DNA of 48,442 bases from Dirinaria sp. TL-2023a (taxonomy: Eukaryota): positions 1 to 48,442 of the forward strand of contig JAVEBF010000025.1 of the NCBI GenBank assembly GCA_051941275.1. The letters run 5' to 3'. This document shows, piece by piece, positions 1 through 11,665 of the stretch (position 1 is its first letter; every line of letters begins with the position of its first letter). Position numbers and translations under genes: made by a program. A model generated the notes under the pieces. That model was given only the letters and a program-made list of their open reading frames with translations, searched no databases and had not been told where the DNA came from.

Positions 1-186
1 ATGGCAGTCCGCGGATAGGTAAACCGCAGGGCTCCGGGTAATAGTAATATCGGGTATATAGTAACCCACAATTCCTCGCTTTTCTTATAGAAGGGAGGCA
101 ATTAATCACACACATACAAACTGCCAAACATAGGTGCAATTGACCTCACAAACACCTTCTAAATCTGACATCTAATCATTTCTAGA

Positions 187-855
187 ATGCTACAAGCACT
201 GTTTAAAGTTGCTACGGTCAACGCCCCAGCCGTTGTTTTTTTCGACAAGGTCGACTACTTGACTCGCTCGAGGACAGATGATGAGTCCAGCTTTGATCGG
301 AGGAGTAAAAACCAGTTGTTGAGTCTGTTCAGCGACTTTGGTAAAGGTACATCGGTGTTTTTAATGGGGGCAACGAATCGCCCATGGCAAATCGACTCGG
401 CTTTCTTGAGCCGATTCCAACAGCGGATCTTCTTAGATCTGCCAGATGATGAAGCGAAGCTTCGAATGCTGGAACACGGCTTTCAAGGAGATAGCTTTCG
501 CTTCTGTGAGGATGAATTGGCTGCGATCAAGCATCTTCTTGGGTCCTCGGAATGTTCGGGAAGGGATATCGAGGCCGCGATGGCGAAGCTGCGATTTGAC
601 AAGCTAAGGCAGCTGAGGAAATCGTCTTTCTTCGCTCCATCAGGAGCTCAAGGCCTTTGGGAACCCTGCGCATCAGATCACCCACTTGCGAAGCATCAAC
701 CTTTCGCGGATTGGCCGGTCGAACAATTGGTGCCTAGTACGATCACGTACACCGAGCTCAGCGGCGCATTCGGCCGGCTGAAGGTGGCTTCCAGCAGGGA
801 AGAGCGTCAAAAACACCAAGACTGGGCAAAGAACTTCGGCACTGTTGATGTTTGA
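187..855 (+). CDS. Vps4/katanin-like (meiotic clade) AAA+ ATPase, C-terminal exon only; Walker B altered, possibly a pseudogene
   Basis: ORF has APAVVFFDKVD (Walker B position, normally hhhhDE), MGATNRPWQID (sensor 1/SRH), SRFQQRIFLDLPD, SGRDI, a Vps4 beta-domain-like WEPCASDHPLA and C-terminal W-x-x-x-FG. A splice acceptor (ctaatcatttctag) ends at 185. No Walker A exon is recognisable in 1-185. Confidence 0.75.
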   Translation: MLQALFKVATVNAPAVVFFDKVDYLTRSRTDDESSFDRRSKNQLLSLFSDFGKGTSVFLMGATNRPWQIDSAFLSRFQQRIFLDLPDDEAKLRMLEHGFQGDSFRFCEDELAAIKHLLGSSECSGRDIEAAMAKLRFDKLRQLRKSSFFAPSGAQGLWEPCASDHPLAKHQPFADWPVEQLVPSTITYTELSGAFGRLKVASSREERQKHQDWAKNFGTVDV

Positions 856-1873
856 GGAGAAGAGGGGTTGGACGGTTGTCAGGGATCATAGCTTTGTAGC
901 TTCCTCTGTTGAAAGACGAGATGGTTTGGTGTCCTCATATCGCAGTCGAAGGACTTGCACTCTGACCACCTTGACCATGCGAGAATTCATCATTTAGTGA
1001 AGTGGAGACGGTAAGAAGTTTTTAGAAACTCTTGCGAAACTTTTGCTAGCTGTTATATGCGCACCTTGAGCGCAGATTGCCTATGGTTGCAAGATTAGTT
1101 AGCAAATTCAGGGTGTACGAAGTCTTGTTCAGATATTGAAAGTAATTAGAGCTCCAATTCTTATTACGGGGTTTAGTCTAGCGGTAAGGCACGGTAGACT
1201 GACCATTTGGTCTTTCTACAAACGGTGGGAGGTTCGACTCCTCCAGCCCCAAATCTGCTCTTTTGTTTTCCTTTTGCCTTCTTCATCTCACCTTCTATTC
1301 TTAGTCGCCAGAACCCAATTGAAGAGGTTCCGGAATTGGTCAATGTCTTTTTTGCTAGCTCTTGGCATGATCGATGATGTCGTACTGGATTTCTTAGCGA
1401 AAGGCTTGGCCACAAACTCAGGAGATCAGCTCTCACCACCAAAACATCCAGCCAACTTACTCACCCGACTGCGAGCTTCGACTATCCTGTGTTCCAACCG
1501 TAAAGTCATCATTACTAAAACTGCTTTTCGTCCTATCATCATCATGCCTCGACAAAAGGGACGAAACATCTCTGGAGCAGTGCCACAGCCAAACACCCGC
1601 TTGACCCCAAGGCACACTCACAACAGACAGCAACGACTGCCTAGTGAGCACGAGGGGGTTATGGCTCGAACGTGCCTCTTAGATGGTAGGTCGCGGGAGA
1701 AGATCGTCTTAAGTCCTAGACGCAGGCTTATGAGCGAGGTGTAGAGATTTTACGAAGCACCCCGGAAGAATACCCCGAAGGGTTACTGCGACAATGGACA
1801 GTACGTTTGGCCCTTCTGCTAGCATCCCTAGAGGCATAGCTGAGATTAGCTCCCTTTACTAACGCTGCTAAAG

Positions 1874-2755
1874 TCATTAAGTCCACAAACGTCCGCGCAT
1901 GTCGAATTTAACGGCTCCAATGGTATTGCAAGTATAGTAATTCGGAAGGGTCCGAGGCCGACCAAGGGCCGTGTCGTAGAGACCCAACCCTCAACACTCT
2001 TAGCGGCCAGCATCCCCCAAAGAGACTACAAGGCTGCCGTAAGAATGTTCAAAGGGGCCTTTTCAGTGGAGATCTGGCTGGAGCACGAGACGGACAGAGC
2101 GCAAAGTGAGATATGGGCGCTTGTGTTGACCAGCAAGAACAACGACGACCGAGTACGCTCGATAAAAGGACTTTGGGAAGCCATGCGAAACAGTTTCTCT
2201 ACAATGAGCTTGAGAGACCTACCCTACACCAACTTGAAGAGGAAAGACGAGGACATCGGCCGAGCGCTACCAGACCCTCCTTATAATTTCCGCAAAGGCA
2301 CCAGGATCCAAAGGTCAGAAGCGTTCGAAGCCCATTCCTGGTCGATCGAGATAGACGGACGAGAACCGTGGTTTTTCACGAACGCGCTGGCGGATCCTGG
2401 CCTCGTGCGCCGGGTCGAGAAAATCACCGCCCAGAGGAATGAGGACGACGACGAAGAAGAGAATCGTTCGGACGACGGGCCCAGCGAGGATGAGGCTGCC
2501 GGTCCCTCGGCAGAGGCCAGAGCGTCCCAAGAAGATACCGAGCAGCAGCCGGTCCGGGGAAGAATGGTACCCAGCAGAGGGGTCGAGCCACGAGGTGCCA
2601 GAGGAGGCAGGGGACGTAAGAGATCCCGCGAGGACGAGGATGAGCTCTTTCTCTTCCTGCCGTCTCTTTCTCCGCACTTCTCGTCGCTGGAAATGAAGCT
2701 TAGAGAGAACCCATTCTGGAGCATTTTGTATGAATACAGTATTGTTGCTGTGTAG
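1874..2755 (+). CDS. hypothetical protein with acidic/Arg-Gly-rich C-terminal tail; 5' part (from ~1544) possibly disrupted
   Basis: Frame is open from a putative acceptor at 1873 through ORF 2045-2755 (DDDEEEN, RGARGGRGRKRSRE). The upstream MPRQKG... segment has a TAG at 1742 and does not splice cleanly in frame. No family recognised. Confidence 0.4.
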   Translation, partial: SLSPQTSAHVEFNGSNGIASIVIRKGPRPTKGRVVETQPSTLLAASIPQRDYKAAVRMFKGAFSVEIWLEHETDRAQSEIWALVLTSKNNDDRVRSIKGLWEAMRNSFSTMSLRDLPYTNLKRKDEDIGRALPDPPYNFRKGTRIQRSEAFEAHSWSIEIDGREPWFFTNALADPGLVRRVEKITAQRNEDDDEEENRSDDGPSEDEAAGPSAEARASQEDTEQQPVRGRMVPSRGVEPRGARGGRGRKRSREDEDELFLFLPSLSPHFSSLEMKLRENPFWSILYEYSIVAV

Positions 2756-3076
2756 AGTAGAATTCAAATATCCAAACGCACACGATAGTTCCCTGTACCA
2801 TAGAGAAAAAAATGCAGTAAGCTGGTTTAGTCGCCCCATTGCTTGTGGATTTGAAACAAAAAGGCAGGGTGCTGGTTGTGTTATCAATGTGTAGAACCGG
2901 TCCCGCTTTTACAGTATGGCTCACCAATTTCCCACGGAGTTGTTACTCGAGAGATACAACCCGGAGCAAGAATTACGCCCGTCAGAATCAGCGCTACGGC
3001 TTGTTGGATCATGCGTAAAGTCCTAGAACAGAAGACGTGGACGGAACACAGATAGTAGACTCTCGGAAGCATGAGA

Positions 3077-3148
3077 TAGTATAGCAGTCAGTGTAAAAAG
3101 CAGTATGGGAACCAGTATGACAGGCAGTATGGCAGGCAGTACGGTAAT
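3077..3148. repeat. degenerate 12-bp tandem array (consensus ~CAGTATGACAGG), about 6 units
   Basis: Units read tagtatagcagt/cagtgtaaaaag/cagtatgggaac/cagtatgacagg/cagtatggcagg/cagtacggtaat. Confidence 0.7.
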
Positions 3149-3489
3149 AACAAGGTACGAAGATATGCAACCCTGATAGAGCCCTGTGTTAAATGTTACA
3201 AAACCGCCACTATCATCTCGGTTGGAGATGGCGACCCTTCTAGTCCTATGTAGTCTATACAACCCCTCTAACGACAGTACGACTAGATCAATACATGATA
3301 TACATATAATTGACAATGCTAGCCCCCATGATGCATCGAGGATATTTCGCAAACGACGATAGGCGGGGCGCTATTCCCTTTTAAATCAGATCGCCGAGAT
3401 TAGATTGCGAGGGCTACAACCATCATCACCTTTCTCTCTCCCTGACCTATGCTCTTGGGACGGGTCGCGAGTTGGCACTCATTGAGCCT

Positions 3490-5369
3490 ATGGGGTCAGA
3501 CATCAAATTTGATATCATTGTTCTCGGTGCGGGTGCGATATCGATGATCCTAGAACCAGATGAGTAGAAGAGCTCACACATGCGATACTTAGGAATTAGC
3601 GGCTTAGCATTTGCGAGGTTCTATCTTGACATCCATCCGAAATGCCTACTAGCTCTACTTGAAGGAGATTCTTGTGTCGGGGGCGTTTGGAGCTCCAGTG
3701 AGTCAGAATGTTTCACTTCTAGTAGCGCTAGAACGAGCATTTGATTAACTGGATATCTGTTGTAGCCCGCTTGTACGACCAGTTTTGGACACAGAGTGGT
3801 CGTCGAATGCTCGGGTTCTCTGATGTGCCGTTTGACATTCCTCCCAACGCCCCTTCGTTCTATGGATGTGTCGAAGCTAAATATGTGACCAAATACCTCG
3901 AAGACTACATCGATGATCATGTCTACTGTGGGAAATCTCTCCGCGAGAGGATATTTTTTGGACATCAGGTCGAGAAAGTAGAGAAGTTTCATGATACGTG
4001 GAAAGTCCGCACCAGAGATACTCGCGATGGAACCCGGAGTTTCAAGGCTTCCAAAATTGTTGTCGCCACTGGTTTAACCTCTTCACCTCAGATGCCCATC
4101 TTGCCTGGGGATCCCGAATTATTCAAGGGTCGTGTATACCATCACAAACGATTTGGCGAAGTATCGAGAACCTTGCTCCGAATGGAAGGTTGCCACAATG
4201 TGGTCGTTCTGGGCGCCGGAAAGTCCGCCACTGACATGGTCTACGAATCGATCAAGAGACGCAAGAATGTAAGCTGGATTATTCGAAGAGATGGAGAGGG
4301 CCCTGCACTATATTTTCCCGCCCAGGGTGGCGGCCGATACGAGAACTCTACAGAAGCCGGTGCAACAAGATGGAGCGCGCTTTTCAGTCCTTCCTCGTTC
4401 ATGCCAGAATCTTGGCTGTCAAGCCTGATCCATAGGACCAGTGTGGGCGTGAGCTACCTCACTAGTAGAATTGAAAAGGGTGATCAGAGCTGCCGCGACG
4501 CAGCAGCCTATCGGGATCGGGAAGGCGCTTTGCCAAATTTCCAAAATCTCGAGCCCACAACCTCGTAAGTGCTTCATAGATTGGTCCTCCGTAATACTCC
4601 TGACGTAAGTAGCGCATTTTGGTGCAACGGACCGCTAGGTCTCGCACAGCACGATGATTTTTGGAACGCCATTGCTCAGAATGTACGCGTTTGCCGCAAT
4701 GACATTAAAACGATTGAGGCTCATGATGTTGTTCTCGACGATGGGTCTAGGATCGAAGCAGATGTTCTGCTCTGTGGTACAGGATGGAATTACGACTATC
4801 CATTCTTTACAAAGGAGCAAGCTCAAACATTCGGGCTTCCTCAACATCCTCAGAACGACCTACCAGAACACACTGAGCTTTGGGACACACTTCTAAAGAA
4901 TGCGGATCGGCAAGTGCTTTCGAATTTCCCAATCCTCAAAAGTCCACCGCCACACAGAAGGTCGGAGGTCCCCACTACTACCAACAGGCTTTACAATGGC
5001 ATTGCGCCCTTGGGAGACACTTCGATAGTCTTCCTCGGCCGCTCGCATTTGTCAAACTCGTTTCGTACAGCTGAAGCGCAAGCCATCTGGGCCACAGCAT
5101 ATTTTGACGGGAACTTCAAATTGCCTCCTTTGGAAGAAGCACAGCGTCAGATAGCCTACATGAACGCTCTATCCAGGAGAAGGTATCCCTCTCGAGGTAT
5201 AGCTGGAGATTACCTCTTCTTTGAGTTGATCTGGTATACAGACAAGCTGTTGGCAGACGTTGGACTGAAATCACATAGAAAGGGATGGTGGACAGATTGG
5301 CTGGAGCCTTGTCTAGCCATTGATTTGAAGGATATGCCAGACGAATACCGGAAAAAGGCTTTATCCTGA
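3490..5369 (+). CDS. flavin-containing monooxygenase (class B FMO, PF00743-like), 4 exons
   Basis: ATG at 3490 gives MGSDIKFDIIVLGAG|ISGLAFA (FAD GxGxxG across intron 1), then VGGVWS, VVATG, FMO fingerprint FKGRVYHHKRF (FxGxxxHxxxF), NADPH site LGAGKSATD, and LLCGTGW. Introns have GT...CTGAC/CTAAC-like...AG. Stop TGA at 5367-5369. Confidence 0.92.
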
Positions 5370-5571
5370 CTTCAAGTCACTTTCTCTCCTAAAGCTGCGC
5401 ATATAGACTGCTTCACATTGGTACAAGTAATGCCTACTTATCATACATCCCTCGCTGGCTGTCCCGTACGTCATGCATCACAAAGTTACCCAAATTCTTA
5501 CCAACACCCATTAACATTCCACATGGACGGATATCTTTTATTTGGACGCCTACTCTATGAAAAACCAAACT

Positions 5572-7285
5572 CTATAATTTTAACTGGAATCTAGGCGAAG
5601 TCCGTATCTGCTCACCATACCTCATGAATAGCACCGCAATGGGTATGGCGCCTAAGGCAATAAAAGCCAAAACGCTGTTACCCCAGCCGTATCCTAAACG
5701 CTCATATAATGGATTTGCCCCTAGGGGAACGAGCGCCCCACATAAACTCCGGATAATGCCGCAGGCCCCGGTCGCGCTCGCTGCAAATACGGTGTAGGTA
5801 TCTACAAGATACATCTGAATCGGCAAATAGGTATATAGAATACCTACCGCAATAAATGCGCTACCAATGATAGGCACAATCCAATGGCAATGCTGTTGGA
5901 GTGACCACCCGTACCAGAGCAGCCCGGCGGGGAGTACCAGCGCGCCTACGAATATAGGCGGCAGGCGGTATTCGGGTTTCTGTTCTTCGTACTTCTTAGA
6001 CATCCTCTTGGTATACCAATCGGAAAAGTGGCCCAGTGTGATTTGGCAAATGACGAAGCCAGTCGTGAGGCCAAAGTAGGCCATGCCACTTTCACCAGGA
6101 CTCAGACCATATGTGTCCTGGAAAATGGTTCCGACTGTTGCGAAACAGATTTGGGCGTACGAATTCATAACTGCGGTATAAAAGCCTAGCAAAAGTATTA
6201 TAGGAGAGAGAAACAGTAGTCTTAATGGCCTCGTCCAAGCGAGGGTGAAGGCTCTGTTGTGGTCTAGTGCAGCTTGGGAGCGGTTTGTGTCTTCTTCGAT
6301 CGCTGATTTTCTCTTCGCTTTCAAAACAGGACCGTACGTTTCTCGGAAAACGAATACGGCAACCAGCGACGTAGTTCCCAGCTTTTCCAGTCAGAGAATC
6401 GGTCCAGCAGGTGAAATAAAAGTTCAACATACAGCGATCAGAGTCGACCAAAATGTCCATCTCCATGTCGTGTTTTCTACGATGTATCCACCCATGACGG
6501 GGCCTAGAGCTCATTAGATGTATGATCTGCGTATCAATGTAGCCATAGCTCTCTTACCTAGCGTGGGTGCCTACGGGTAATTAGCGTCTATTGACTCAAA
6601 AGGCTTATATGAAACCGGCTTTCGAACAAGGACAACAGAGTTAAAGCTCACCACGACCGGCCCGGCAGACATGATACTCAGGCTCAAGCCTCTTTTCTCG
6701 AACGGCATAATGTCTGCAACAATGGCTGGGCCTAAGAGTACGAAAGCTATACCCGCGAAACCCATAAGGGCCCTGAAAACGATGAATATTACTATGTTTT
6801 CACTGGCGCCACAAACGGCCAGCGCCACCATGAAGGTTACATAGGCCGGAAATAGCACATAACAACGTCCAAAAATTTCACTGGCAGGCGCGACGAGTAG
6901 CGGCCCGAGAACATATCCGAGGACGTAAATGGAGACGGTGAACGAGGCTAGGGCGGAGCTATGGGATTGTAAGGAGGACATTACGGAAGGCAGGGTGGGT
7001 TCAAAGGCTGTGGAGCAGAGTGCACTGATTTTGAGTACGAACATTAGTGGAGCAGCCCTTCAGCTTGTCCATAATTGGAGCACTTAAAAATATCAATACT
7101 GAGGAATAGAAGTGAAAGAAACAGGTTGCCTACGCTATTATGTTACTAACAACCAGCAGACACAAAATCATCCATTTGCGCCAAAGAGGCCAATTTTCAG
7201 GGTTGTGAGGGTCGTTCTCCCAGCTTTCAGTTGAATCATGCCCCTCTGTGTTCATAGGAGTAGGGGTGACACTGTCGTCAACCAT
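5572..7285 (-). CDS. MFS multidrug/drug:H+ antiporter (DHA1 family)
   Basis: Motifs WENDPHNPENWPLWRKW, SIYVLGYVLGPLLVAPASEIFGR, FRALMG, PEYRLP and LGYGWGNSVLAF, with about 12 hydrophobic segments over several exons. Includes a 13-nt micro-exon at 6558-6570 (APTLG). Confidence 0.93.
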
Positions 7286-7759
7286 AATTTGTGCTTCGCA
7301 ACCAATTCGGAAGAAACTTGCAAAACTGATGCCCTCTCGAATTGAAAATCTTTCCAAGAAAATATGTCTAAGCAAGGGGCTGGATTGAGGTTTTTAAGGA
7401 CTACCCTTTTTATAGGCGGAGGAGTGTACGCATCGGGAGTAATCCTGCCGAGCGAAGAGGCTTCCTTGCATATGAGTTAGCCAATCGAACACGTAATTCG
7501 AGCCCAGCGGACTTGTATGACGCATGAAATCCGTGCAGCAGTCGCGAACTTTGAGAGGATGTGGAGCCTCGCATCTGCCGTAGCACGGTTACAGCGTTGC
7601 TCGTCAATGGCTGGAAACATTTTGTCTTTGAAACAGTCTTTCCGATTTGCTTGCCCCTAAGGTGAACCGCAGCCAGCAAAGCGTCGTGAATTTAACCCTA
7701 ACCGTAGTACTAAATTAAGTGGAGCTCATCTCCAAGTTCCTAGAATCTCGCCCCCAAAT

Positions 7760-8777
7760 TCAATACTGGCCCTTTTGACCAGTCTCTTGAACTAGTTCCG
7801 ACTTCTCATATCCTCGTTCGGCAAGATACCTTGAGAAGGCGTCCCAATTGACGCACTCCCGTTTCACTGGCGGTCTTGTGTTCATCTGATGCATTTCATT
7901 CCCGGACCAATAGTAGGAAAGCGGTGCAATATCAGGCTGACACACTATGGACGAACGAATAGACTCCAAGCAGTGCACTAAATCTTCTTAGGCCACTGAT
8001 AATCGAGCTTGAGCTTCTTCGTAAGGTGCCACTCACAGGTATGTTCATGATCATGTTTCCGTTGCGTTTCTGTCCAATCTGGGTAATAATGTTCCGCATA
8101 CAAGAGCTGCCGAATTCGTCTCTGTACGGCCCATGTCAGCGAGGGAAGAAGGATTGCTATTCTGAATGGCCTGCTTACTAGGCAATGCAGATTGTGGTGA
8201 ACGCTGAGAATTACTGCAAAGCTACCATCGTGAAGCGAAATGCTCTCGTTGATGTCCAGGCGCGCAGCTTCGTTGCGGTATAGTCGAACGCCATGTTGTC
8301 TGTTCGCTAGATATGACACTCTCTTAGCTTATTGAAGTCAGGGGCATTGTAATCCTACCATGTATGAGCTTATTCCACGCGCGCTCAGATTCGTCAGATG
8401 GTTTCCCCATGTACAAATCTGTGTGCAAAAGATTGGGAGGCGCAGTCTCCACACGATATTGAATTCCACTACGGAACGGCGCTATGTATGAAATTAGTGA
8501 TGAGATCAATTAGAAGTCGCCATCTCAGCAGACAGTATAATTGTTGGTCTCTAGATATACGTGAATCTGTTGGTGCAAAAACGAAACCTCCGGCAGAGGA
8601 AGACGACCACGCCTTGCTAAACAGCATCAGCGAAACAACGATACTGTAGATTGCCAACATCGCAGGCCAAAATCGCAGGCTGGACTTGATTAAGGTGACT
8701 AGACTGCTGCGACGAAAATCGCTTGAGTAACGTCTATCATCTTTCTCAGCGGAAGGCGGATTTTCAAAGTCGCCCAT
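7760..8777 (-). CDS. UstYa-like / DUF3328 (PF11807) oxidase, 5 exons
   Basis: N-terminal TM helix (FWPAMLAIYSIVVSLMLF), YMGKPSDESERAWNKL, first motif SVHHNLHCL, second motif H-T-L-H-C formed across the last intron, followed by LESIRSSIVCQPD and RECVNWD. This is the canonical DUF3328 layout. Confidence 0.93.
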
Positions 8778-9326
8778 ATTCGAGAGCTTGTTTGTCGTCG
8801 CTATCGCAAAACCGCAAAGTCTTGAGTTGAAGTATTGGAAAAAAGAAGAGCCAGCTTACGTCGCATATAATACACAATGAATGCTCGTGGCAAGTCCATT
8901 TCGAAGGGCCTGCACACAATTGAACCGGCAGTATCAACTCCGGTTATCCCCCCTTTCAGGATACTTGCATGAACTAGGTATTGGCTGATCTCTCGTCCTC
9001 CCTTACCGCCTAACGCGATGGAGAAGCGGCCGGATAAGGTAGGGAGCCCACCATTGGCTACCAAGCTGTCCTTTCGGATACATGTGAATGCCTGTGATGT
9101 CATCAGCTGAGTCTCGCGTAATCTTTGTAAGTGTTGCACAGCATTACGGTAACCTAGGCGGAGCCGACAGACATCTTGAGGCACATCCAGTACACAGATT
9201 CTCTACTTCTTAAACGCTAATTTTCCCACACACTTTTCCTTCATTAAATTTAACAGATCAGCCAAGAAACAGATTCTTCCGTCAAATCGATTCTTTATTT
9301 GACCAAGTCCACTACCACCATTCAAC

Positions 9327-9503
9327 ATGCGGTTCGAAGCGATGTTCGTCCTTGTTCTAGCGATAATCCTCACTGCGTCTGCTTCCCCACTCCACAACAG
9401 TAAGTTAGAGGTATATAATGAAACCGAAAGCAGACTCGGAGTAACGATTACAGGTGATGAATACGAGGAAGAAGGCACCGCGATCGAACGCATGCTAGCA
9501 TAG
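9327..9503 (+). CDS. small secreted peptide, candidate RiPP precursor (40 aa spliced, 58 aa unspliced)
   Basis: ATG in caacATG context encodes signal-like MRFEAMFVLVLAIILTASA-SP. An in-frame 54-nt intron at 9400-9453 (GTAAGT...TTACAG) gives spliced MRFEAMFVLVLAIILTASASPLHNSDEYEEEGTAIERMLA*. TAG at 9501-9503. Below the ORF-track length cut-off. Confidence 0.7.
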   Translation: MRFEAMFVLVLAIILTASASPLHNSKLEVYNETESRLGVTITGDEYEEEGTAIERMLA

Positions 9504-10227
9504 GAGTACGAAAAAAAATCTTTCAGGCAACCGCGCTAGTGTCGCCTTGTTGAACTCATGTGGGCGGATCTCCGGAGATAGTTGGCTTTCAACGCACTCT
9601 GTGCTTATTTGCATTCAGTATGCCGTGCTTTTCGCAAGAGGGGCTTGGTGGGATGGTGGCCGGTCTTTACCTTTGTTCGTGAGATAGCCGTTAGTTTCCG
9701 GAGGATTGAAGCATCAACCACCACTAGTCCATGCAGGAGATCGTGATCAGCGATTGCGATTTCATGAATACGACATTGCTAGACCTATTCGAACCATGAT
9801 CCACGTGTCTCGCTGTACTCCGTACCGCTGACAGCCCTGGTTGAAAGATAAGGGAGCGACGAGCACAGCTTAGCTTTGATTGACAAGCCCCAGATGATTG
9901 GTGACCCGAGATGACGCTGCAATCACAGGACCGTGGTAAGGTACGGGGATTATTATCAACGCGGGCGGGCCACTTACCGGGCGGCTCGGAGCGCAGCGCT
10001 AATGTACGAACTAGCATGCTCGCAGATAACGGCCCCCCAACTACATTTTCAGCTCCGCTTTTGCAGGTGGGTCTTTCGGTGGGGTTTTATGATCTGGGAC
10101 GCTACGTATGTTGGGTCGCCTACGCTACCTAGATATACCGCGCTTACTCCACGTCATAGGTCTTGGGTTCAAGAGTGCGTGGGTCACTATAACTGCCCAG
10201 CTGCTTCTGTATTCAACTCTTGTTGAC

Positions 10228-11665
10228 ATGGCCGATCTCCAGATTCACGCAAATCTCGCCATTGCAGCGGGAGCAACCTTTATACCAGTATGCACTGCTT
10301 GCGTTGGGCTGCGCATTTACGCTCGACGACTGCATCGAGTAAATTTGGGCGCAGATGACTGGCTGGTCGTTGCAGCCTTGGTCAGAAAAAGCCACGGCCT
10401 CCCAGTCGAACAGGTCACTAATGATCGGTGCACAGGCATTTGTCATTGCGATGGGAGTTACCCTTATTGCGGGTGAGTTTCAGCATCGTACTGTAGATTC
10501 TGTGCTGACCTCCCAATAGAAGTGGGTATTAGACGGCTAGGATACCCCGCAAATAAGACGCCAGGTGAACCAGACGCGAATATAGTACGGCCATCATTTC
10601 CAGTCTGTTCATAAAAACTAATCTAATGGAAGGCGTTCTGGCCGATGGAACTCTTGCAAGTTCCAGCATTAGGGCTAGTCAAGTCCAGCTTTATTCTGCT
10701 CTACCGACGTATCTTTACCAAACAAACAGCGTCAATTTTCAACAAGGTCACATGGATGATTTTGGCGGTTGTCATTATTTGGACAATTTCGTTTTTCTTT
10801 GCCCTATTGTTCATCTGCGGGACGGACTTTTCGGCCTATTGGACTAGCACAAAGGTGGAAAAAGCGCATTGTGTCAATACCAACAGCCTGCATAATGCAT
10901 TTGCAATGTCAGATTTTATCACCGATTTTGTGATTATTCTCCTTCCTCTACCCATGGTACGTCTCTTTACATATAACCTCCAGAATAGCTCAATTGACTT
11001 TTCTAGATATGGCGTTTGCATCTGACGACTCGGCGCAAGCTCGGTATTTGCGCCATCTTTGGTCTCGGTGCTCTGTGCGTTATCATCAGCTTTTGCAAAA
11101 AAGCCGATTCTAATATGTGGTAGCTCTGTCGGTGCCTCAATTGTTAGGATGGTGATATTCATACAAGCAACATCAGGTCTGCGCTCCAACTTCACGATAG
11201 TTTTGAGCCACTTTTCATAGGGATTACTGACGCTCTGGCAGTTCAATTTAATCCTAACACCGACTTTGAATGTGGGCTTCTGTGTTTCTACTCATTGAAC
11301 TCAAGCTAATTAGCCCCTCAGTTGTTTGCACGGCAGGTGTTTACTGGAGCATGATCGAGTCTGGCCTCGGACTCTGTGCGGCATGCCTCCCCGTTCATTA
11401 TGGCCTCACAAAATCCAAAGGTGTCCAGAGCATTGTTAGAAGCGTCCAATCCGCCATCTCATTACGCTCGCAAACATCTCCCAAACATACTGCCCAAAAG
11501 TCGAAGCTGTCACCTCAACATTCTCAGGAGTGTATCATTACTAGAGCAGAAGGGCCGGCAGCTGTCGATGACTCCATGCTCGAGTTAGGTCGCATGCCAC
11601 CAGAGCACGAAATTGTTGTCACGCAAAGTCTGGAACAGGCACGGGATCTGAGATCGCAATTGTAG
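10228..11665 (+). CDS. PTH11-like rhodopsin-domain integral membrane protein (no CFEM)
   Basis: VGLRIYARRLHRVNLGADDWLVVAAL, LGLVKSSFILLYRRIF, SDFITDFVIILLPLPM, ASIVRMV and YWSMIESGLGLCAACLP. Multiple GT-AG introns. Confidence 0.9.

Noticed and set aside
1..3350. Possible Starship or other giant-transposon boundary
   Set aside because: No tyrosine-recombinase captain, transposase, terminal inverted repeat or target-site duplication could be identified by eye.
9203..9493. Minus-strand 96-aa ORF in the track
   Set aside because: It overlaps antisense the plus-strand signal-peptide gene 9327-9503, which has better start context, a signal peptide and a canonical intron.
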